Origin: a virus
Length of the DNA: 64,000 bases
IMG/VR virus record: IMGVR_UViG_3300005613_000051
Coordinates: 4,771 to 68,770 of that record
Reading direction: 5' to 3' (one strand)
The notes beneath the pieces were generated by a model. The model was not told the origin of the DNA. It saw nothing but the letters and a program-made list of their open reading frames with translations, and made no database searches. The first letter of the stretch is position 1. Each line of letters opens with the position of its first letter. Positions 58,017 through 64,000 of this stretch are shown here, one piece after another. The translations under genes were made by a program, and so were the position numbers.

Positions 58017-59165
58017 ATGAAATTTTATTTAGTTATTTTATTTTTTATTTCTTTTGTAGCTGGAGCAGCACAACCTCCCATTATGCTCAGAGATAAAGAC
58101 AGGGATACACTAATCGAAGTAGACACTGGATTTTTCGGTGATAATGATGAAATTCTTTTCACAACACTAGGTCTTCCAAGAATGACTATTGAGAGTGATG
58201 GTGACATTGTGATGAAACAAGACTTACTAGTTGAAGGAACGCTTCAACTGGGGGTATCAGGATCTCCGATTTCAAGTGTCATTGGTGGTGGTGGTACTGA
58301 TAATTTTGTACCTTTGTTTAACGGAACAAACCAGATTGATACTTCTGTGATTAGTGAAGCAGAATTAAACTTATTAAATGGAAGAACTACTTTGATAAGT
58401 GGTGTAGGAGTTAATGCTACTGTACCCGTTTTTCAAGGAACTGAGGGTATAACTTCTACCTCAATTTCTTCTACTGAGCTTAGTTTACTAGATGGAAGAA
58501 CTTCTCTTATTGGTGGTACTGGAACTAATGATTTTGTACCTCTGTTTGACGGTACCGCTAATCTCAACGCTTCAGCGATTAGTGAAGCCGAGATTAATTT
58601 ACTGAACGGGAAAACAGATGTTGTAACAGGTTCCACAAATAACGCTTCGCTAGTCACTAGAGGTTACGTGGATGATGCTGTAACTAACTCTGAAGTAAAA
58701 GTGTGTGGGGTTGCTTATTACCCCGCAACAACTAATTGTGTTTTCTCAAGAGCTGCTTCTTCGTCTTGGGGTGACTTATATGATGCAGACTGTGTGAGTC
58801 CCGTTATAGAACAGTCATATTCATGTGGCACGTGGTCTACAGCAGATGCTAATGCACCCCAGATAACAATAAGTAATTTACCTGCTGGAACTTATCAAGT
58901 GATAGTTCAAGCTTGGCTTATTATTAACAACTACGGTACTTATAGACTAACCGATGGAACTAACCACAGAGCTTATCAGGGTTTTGTTAACGAACCCCCC
59001 AAAGGTACAACTCTCACAGGAATTTTTAGGTATACCTCTGCAGGAACTAGAACTTTTAAAATTCAATCAAAAGGAGTAGTTACTCAAAGTGTAAGGAATG
59101 ACGATGGTCCTGTTGGTTATAGTGAAGGTCGGACTACTTTTACTATAATCAAGTATCCTTTATAA
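58017..59165 (+). CDS. signal-peptide-bearing fibre-like protein (paralogue 1)
   Basis: MKFYLVILFFISFVAGAA; three 'VPLF.GT...IS..ELNLL.G' stalk repeats; LVTRGYVD; four-Cys tip. Confidence 0.75.
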   Translation: MKFYLVILFFISFVAGAAQPPIMLRDKDRDTLIEVDTGFFGDNDEILFTTLGLPRMTIESDGDIVMKQDLLVEGTLQLGVSGSPISSVIGGGGTDNFVPLFNGTNQIDTSVISEAELNLLNGRTTLISGVGVNATVPVFQGTEGITSTSISSTELSLLDGRTSLIGGTGTNDFVPLFDGTANLNASAISEAEINLLNGKTDVVTGSTNNASLVTRGYVDDAVTNSEVKVCGVAYYPATTNCVFSRAASSSWGDLYDADCVSPVIEQSYSCGTWSTADANAPQITISNLPAGTYQVIVQAWLIINNYGTYRLTDGTNHRAYQGFVNEPPKGTTLTGIFRYTSAGTRTFKIQSKGVVTQSVRNDDGPVGYSEGRTTFTIIKYPL

Positions 59166-59198
59166 GAATAGCTTAAAATAGATGTAGGAGAGAATTAA

Positions 59199-59246
59199 AT
59201 GAGTAACAGAAGAATGGAAAGTCCGGAGAAGTTCGTTAAGATATAA
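59199..59246 (+). pseudogene. 15-codon remnant copying the start of 59951..61744
   Basis: AGGAG RBS plus MSNRRMESPEKFVKI*, compared with MSNRRIESPD. Confidence 0.6.
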
Positions 59247-59280
59247 AAGTAAGTAACTAATAACTCACAGGAATAAATAA

Positions 59281-59934
59281 ATGGCTAAAGTAATAGAAAC
59301 CAAAAAGAATAAAAAAGTAGAAGTTTATACCAAAAATTCTTCTGGGGAAGTTAAAAGATCCGGAGCATTTTCTCCTGAATCAGGAATTGTTATTGGATCT
59401 GCAGGAAAAGGTTCTGTGGGAACTATTGATGATAACATTAAGCTTCATCGAGGGGCAGCAGGTCTACAATTTGTTAAAGAAACAGATACTACTCCTGATG
59501 GAGTAAGTGCTCCTTTTTCTAGCTTAGTTTCTGTCACTACGGTTTCTTCAGGAGAATTAATAGTTGGATCTGTAAGTCAAGTTTCTGCAGGAAAAGCTAC
59601 ACACTCCACTTTATCCGCAGCTATTTCAGGAGCAGTAGATGGAGATACCATTACAATCTTAGAATTAGATGCTCCCATTACGGAAAGTTCTACAATCACA
59701 TTAAATAAAAGAATAACTATTATAGGTAAAGGAAACGGTTCTGAAATATCTGATGACTTTGTAATAGCTTCTACAGCAAGTAAAAGTTTAATAAGATATA
59801 TTAAATTTGGACAAAATTTAACAATACAAGCTAGTTGCAACAACACCTTAATTACAGACTGTTGGTTGAGTTCTACGAGCGTATATACCAATAATGGAAC
59901 CAACAACTACGTTACTTTATTACAAGAAGTTTAA
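59281..59934 (+). CDS. short fibre or tailspike-like protein
   Basis: N-domain shared with 59951 (GI.IGS...KLHR...QFV...DTT); short beta-helix-like C-terminus (AI..A.DGDTI.I...I.G.G). Confidence 0.65.
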   Translation: MAKVIETKKNKKVEVYTKNSSGEVKRSGAFSPESGIVIGSAGKGSVGTIDDNIKLHRGAAGLQFVKETDTTPDGVSAPFSSLVSVTTVSSGELIVGSVSQVSAGKATHSTLSAAISGAVDGDTITILELDAPITESSTITLNKRITIIGKGNGSEISDDFVIASTASKSLIRYIKFGQNLTIQASCNNTLITDCWLSSTSVYTNNGTNNYVTLLQEV

Positions 59935-59950
59935 TATAGGAGATAAATAA

Positions 59951-61744
59951 ATGAGTAACAGAAGAATAGAAAGTCCTGATTTAAATTCAGATATAGAATT
60001 AGCACCTTCTGGTACTAAACAAGCAAAAGTATCTCATGATGGTGGTATTATAATAGGATCTAACAGTAATGACGCAGTTAATGTTAAATTACACAGAAGT
60101 GGAAATGGTGAAATTCAGTTTGTTGCTGGAGATGATACTACCTCTGAAGGAACTATCTCTCCCAATTACGGAAATGTAAATTTACGAGCTGTTAATTTAT
60201 CAAATCTTAAGCAAACTTTAGTTGATTCAGCAAATATAGATTGGAATGCTAATTTAGGAGCTAATGCAGAAGTGACTTTAGCTGGAGATAGAACAATAAA
60301 TGCTCCTACTAATTTAAAAGATAGTTCCACCTTAACACTTAAAGTAATTCAAGATGGTGTAGGTAGTAGACTTCTTACTTGGGATCCTATTTTTAAATGG
60401 GCTTCTGGAAATCCCCCAGATCTTTCAACAGATCCAGGAACATATGATATTCTATCTTTTTATTATGACGGTACCTATTTAACGAGAACATCGGGGGGTA
60501 ATGAAAAAAATCCAAGATATTTTCGACAAATATTAGTTGATGCTGCAAATATAGATTGGGATGCTAATCTAGGAGTTAATGCCGATGTTACTTTAGCTGG
60601 AGATAGAACAATAAATGCTCCTACTAATTTAAAAGATAGTTCTACTTTAATTTTAAAAATCAAACAAGATGGTGTAGGTACTCGATTACTTACTTGGGAT
60701 CCTATTTTTAAATGGGCTTTAGGAAAACCACCTAAACTTTCCAAAGATCCAGGAACTTATGATATTATATCCTTTTATTATGAGGGAACTTATTTAAATG
60801 GAGATAAACTAGGTTCAGGAGGAGGAATTATAACTGAACTTCAAGATTTTACTGTTATAGGAGATGTAGGCGATGTAGACCAACAAATGGCTGGTCATAC
60901 TTTTGAAGTAATAGAACCGGGAACAACTTCTGGAGAAGTTTTAGCTCTATACCTATATGGTTCAACTATTACAGATGATGAAAAAGGAACCTATAATCTA
61001 ACAAACAATGGATCCATCGTGGAAGGAGCTGGAATATTTGGAGGAACTGCAGGAGCTGCTGTTTTTAATGGTTCTACTCAGTATTTTAGTCATGCTTCTT
61101 TATGGGATACTGCTCCAACATCAATTGTTGTAGATGGTTGGATTAGACCCTCAGCTATTGGATCAATTCAAAGAATCTTAACTAAATATAATAATACAAG
61201 TACAATAGAAGCAATTGATATTTTCATTGATACTAACGGTAGCCTTAATGCTCGTACATATATTTCAGGTGTTCAATATGATACCAGTTCCTTTCAACCA
61301 TTAACAGCAGCTACTTGGTATTACTTTTGTGTAACTTGGGATAGCGTAAATGCTGTCCGAGTTTATGTAAATGATTGGCTACCAGGATTTGGAGGAACTA
61401 CAACCATGATGGCTTCTGGATCTGATCAAGATTTTTCAATAGGAGCTAGTTTACAAACAGGTTCACCTACTGATTATTTTACAGGTAGAATGGCATATAC
61501 CAGAATTCGAGACAAAATTATGACACAAAAGGAAATAGAATTAGGATATGCTACTCGTTATGATCTAACTGTTGCAGGATATTCAGATACAGATTATACA
61601 ATAGAATGCTTGGTTAAAGAAGATGGACACGATGATTTTATTTCTCATGCAACTTGGAAAGAAATAAACAGGAGTGCTACCGAACTCTATAGACCAGGTG
61701 GAATTTTTAAAGCTGCTGATAAAATACGTCTTCTAGGGAAATAA
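59951..61744 (+). CDS. fibre protein with a duplicated ~90-aa domain and a LamG/ConA-like lectin domain
   Basis: Two copies of LVD.ANIDW...QDGVG.RLLTW...YDI.SFYY; LamG pattern FNGS.QY, W.RP, WY...VTWD...YVN, F.G. Confidence 0.8.
   Translation: MSNRRIESPDLNSDIELAPSGTKQAKVSHDGGIIIGSNSNDAVNVKLHRSGNGEIQFVAGDDTTSEGTISPNYGNVNLRAVNLSNLKQTLVDSANIDWNANLGANAEVTLAGDRTINAPTNLKDSSTLTLKVIQDGVGSRLLTWDPIFKWASGNPPDLSTDPGTYDILSFYYDGTYLTRTSGGNEKNPRYFRQILVDAANIDWDANLGVNADVTLAGDRTINAPTNLKDSSTLILKIKQDGVGTRLLTWDPIFKWALGKPPKLSKDPGTYDIISFYYEGTYLNGDKLGSGGGIITELQDFTVIGDVGDVDQQMAGHTFEVIEPGTTSGEVLALYLYGSTITDDEKGTYNLTNNGSIVEGAGIFGGTAGAAVFNGSTQYFSHASLWDTAPTSIVVDGWIRPSAIGSIQRILTKYNNTSTIEAIDIFIDTNGSLNARTYISGVQYDTSSFQPLTAATWYYFCVTWDSVNAVRVYVNDWLPGFGGTTTMMASGSDQDFSIGASLQTGSPTDYFTGRMAYTRIRDKIMTQKEIELGYATRYDLTVAGYSDTDYTIECLVKEDGHDDFISHATWKEINRSATELYRPGGIFKAADKIRLLGK
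60218..60795. repeat. intragenic tandem duplication, period 315 bp
   Basis: Similar blocks start at 60218 and 60533, for example ACTTTAGCTGGAGATAGAACAATAAATGCTCCTACTAATTTAAAAGATAGTTC in both. Confidence 0.9.
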
Positions 61745-61745
61745 T

Positions 61746-62666
61746 ATGAAATTATTATTTATTATAATAATCTTTATGATGTCTTGGTCGGTTTATTCAA
61801 ATATTTTTTGGATACCGAATTATATTATTGATAATGACCAGGATACATCAGTATCCATAGGGTTTAGTGATATAGATAGTATCGTATGTCGAACTTTGGG
61901 TATACCTAGAGTTACTTTTAGTAATAGTGGTAATGTTATTTTAGCTAACGATCTAGTAGTATCGGGTTCTTCTCAACTAGGACCCATATCACAAAGTGAA
62001 TTAAACTTATTAGCAGGACGTACTTATATCCCCAATATTATCGGGACAGATAATTATGTGCCTTTATTTAATGGTACTAATAATCTTGATGTTTCTAATG
62101 TTAGCCAAAGTGAAATTCAATTACTCAATGGTATGACTGCTGTACAAACTGGTACTACTGATAATAGTACATTAGTAACTAAAGGATATGTTGATGATAA
62201 GGCTGGAGCTGTAACTTGTTATGCTATGCACGTAACTCCTACTAATACTAATGCAGGGGGTTCTGCTGTTGGATGGAATACTCGACCTCTTAATGTTCTT
62301 AATACAACAGGATTAACCTCTGGTAATTCCTGCCCTTTTGCTACTTTGTCTTCTAATCAAGTATCCTTAGTAGCTGGAACTTATGATATAGAAGCAATGA
62401 GTGTAACTTATAGTTCTATGGGACATCAATTACAAATTGTTAATATTAGTGATGGTGTCGGTTATTTTGGGGTTGGTGGATATAATGGCGGTTCAAGTGC
62501 AACCCCTACTTATGCTTATGCTAGTATTACTATAGCTTCTACTAAAGTATTTATGTTATATCATTACTTTGAGAAAGCTCAATCAAGTTCTGGTTTAGGT
62601 TTAGGTTTAGGTCTTATTTCTGGATATGATCTAGTATGGGGCTTCATGAAGATCATTAAAAAATAA
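61746..62666 (+). CDS. signal-peptide-bearing fibre-like protein (paralogue 2)
   Basis: MKLLFIIIIFMMSWSVYS; stalk motifs; LVTKGYVD; tip with WNTRPLN...LSSNQ..L.AGTY. Confidence 0.75.
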   Translation: MKLLFIIIIFMMSWSVYSNIFWIPNYIIDNDQDTSVSIGFSDIDSIVCRTLGIPRVTFSNSGNVILANDLVVSGSSQLGPISQSELNLLAGRTYIPNIIGTDNYVPLFNGTNNLDVSNVSQSEIQLLNGMTAVQTGTTDNSTLVTKGYVDDKAGAVTCYAMHVTPTNTNAGGSAVGWNTRPLNVLNTTGLTSGNSCPFATLSSNQVSLVAGTYDIEAMSVTYSSMGHQLQIVNISDGVGYFGVGGYNGGSSATPTYAYASITIASTKVFMLYHYFEKAQSSSGLGLGLGLISGYDLVWGFMKIIKK

Positions 62667-62676
62667 GGTTATACTT

Positions 62677-63591
62677 ATGAAATTATTGATAATTTTCGTA
62701 TTTGTTTTATCTTTTAAAATCAACGCTTATAATTTACCTCCCAGATATATAGCTGATCAAGATTTAGATACCTCAGTATCAGTAAGTAATATGGATACCG
62801 ATACAATAACCATGATTGCAGCAGGTGTTCCCCAATTTATTATAAGTAATAGTGGGGATGTTTTAATAACTAATAACTTGACTGTGGGTGGTTCTTCTCA
62901 ATTAGAATCTATTTCTCAAGATGAGCTAAATTTATTAGATAATAGAACATATATCCCTTATGCGGTGGGTACTGATAATTATGTTCCATTATTTAACGGT
63001 ACTAATAACTTAGACGCTTCTAATATTAGTCAAACTGAAGTTCAATTACTTAATGGTATGACTGCTGTACAAACTGGTTCTAATAACAACACAACTTTAG
63101 TTACCAAAGGGTATGTTGATAATATAACTAGTCGTTTAACTTGTTATGCTATGCATGTAGTACCTAATAACACTAGTGGGGGTGCTATTGCTGCTCTTAC
63201 TTGGAATATACGACCATTAAATACTTTAAATAATACTGGGAGTACTAACGCTGGTTCCTGTCCATTTGCTAGTTTATCATCTAATATAATGTACTTAAAT
63301 GCAGGAACATATGAATTAATGGCTTATAGTGCTATTAATCAATCGGGTTTCTCTCATGTAAAATTATATAATGTCAATACCGGTGCTAATTATTATGGTT
63401 TTGCTGTTTATGATGCAACAAGTGGTGCTAATACTGCTGGTTATGCTTTTGCTTTAGTTACGATTTCCTCTACTCAGGGATTCCGGATAGAACATTGGAC
63501 TCGTTATGCTAATAGTTTAGGATTTGGAATAGATACTCCAAGTGGAGTAAGTAGTATTAAAGGATACATACGAGCTATAAAAATAAAATAG
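62677..63591 (+). CDS. signal-peptide-bearing fibre-like protein (paralogue 3)
   Basis: MKLLIIFVFVLSFKINA; same architecture as paralogue 2. Confidence 0.75.
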   Translation: MKLLIIFVFVLSFKINAYNLPPRYIADQDLDTSVSVSNMDTDTITMIAAGVPQFIISNSGDVLITNNLTVGGSSQLESISQDELNLLDNRTYIPYAVGTDNYVPLFNGTNNLDASNISQTEVQLLNGMTAVQTGSNNNTTLVTKGYVDNITSRLTCYAMHVVPNNTSGGAIAALTWNIRPLNTLNNTGSTNAGSCPFASLSSNIMYLNAGTYELMAYSAINQSGFSHVKLYNVNTGANYYGFAVYDATSGANTAGYAFALVTISSTQGFRIEHWTRYANSLGFGIDTPSGVSSIKGYIRAIKIK

Positions 63592-64000
63592 GATAGATAT
63601 GAAAATATTATTAATTTGTTTTTTTATATTATTATCATTGGAGAACTTAGCGTATAGTGACCCATTAAGATATATTGCGGATAGAAACTTAAAGACATCC
63701 ATTTCCGTTGGATTTGAAGATGCAGATACAATTGTTTTTACAATATTAGGTCTTTCTCAAGCAACCATTAACAGTACAGGTGTTAACTTTATTAATAGTT
63801 TTACAGTTAATGGAAGCACACAATTAAGTTCTGTAACTCAAACACAGCTAAATTTATTAGATAATAGAACATATATTCCTTATGCGGTGGGTACTGATAA
63901 TTATGTTCCATTATTTAACGGTACTAATAACTTAGACGCTTCTAATATTAGTCAAACTGAAGTTCAATTACTTAATGGTATGACTGCTGTACAAACTGGT
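62924..64000. repeat. direct repeat of at least 155 bp (62924-63078 and 63846-64000)
   Basis: 154/155 identical; the single difference is synonymous (ATC/ATT). Confidence 0.92.
63599..64000 (+). CDS. signal-peptide-bearing fibre-like protein (paralogue 4, 3' end runs off the window)
   Basis: Not in the track. Manual translation MKILLICFFILLSLENLAYSDPLRYIADRNLKTSISVG...LNLLDNRTYIPYAVGTDNYVPLFNGT; the frame is open to the window end. Confidence 0.8.
   Translation, partial: MKILLICFFILLSLENLAYSDPLRYIADRNLKTSISVGFEDADTIVFTILGLSQATINSTGVNFINSFTVNGSTQLSSVTQTQLNLLDNRTYIPYAVGTDNYVPLFNGTNNLDASNISQTEVQLLNGMTAVQTG

Noticed and set aside
3322-63702. Many short antisense or nested ORFs in the track (for example 31767, 32583, 47043, 48394, 59577)
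   Set aside because: They are shadows of long genes with recognisable motifs and show no independent coding signal.
58017-64000. Diversity-generating retroelement explanation for the variable tips
   Set aside because: No reverse transcriptase in the window. The repeat pair lies in the stalk and differs by one C/T, not at adenines.
1-64000. Stop-codon reassignment
   Set aside because: The standard code gives dense full-length genes, and TAG, TGA and TAA all end genes at sensible boundaries.

Overview
AT-rich 64 kb segment of a large, probably jumbo, contractile-tailed dsDNA bacteriophage read in the standard code. No tRNA, rRNA, CRISPR array or integrase was seen. It holds (i) a partial Hsp20 gene; (ii) a cluster of fibre or decoration genes led by a ~600-residue Thr-rich collagen protein, whose members share domains pairwise; (iii) small accessory enzymes (permuted NlpC/P60, LpxH-like phosphoesterase, SAM methyltransferase, HExxH proteins); (iv) a tail and baseplate operon (tape measure, hub, spike, gp25-like wedge); (v) a dUTPase-RmlC-radical SAM-DUF2284-like cassette; (vi) a convergent minus-strand baseplate J operon carrying a repeat/nuclease/DNA-methyltransferase fusion gene; (vii) an exonuclease-HD-NAD ligase operon; (viii) tail-fibre genes ending in at least four fibre-like paralogues that carry Sec-type signal peptides and have a conserved stalk, two of them sharing a 154/155-nt identical tract; the three complete members have variable Cys-paired tips. 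These exported fibres are the best candidate for an undescribed system. All product calls come from motif reading by eye; no database search was run.
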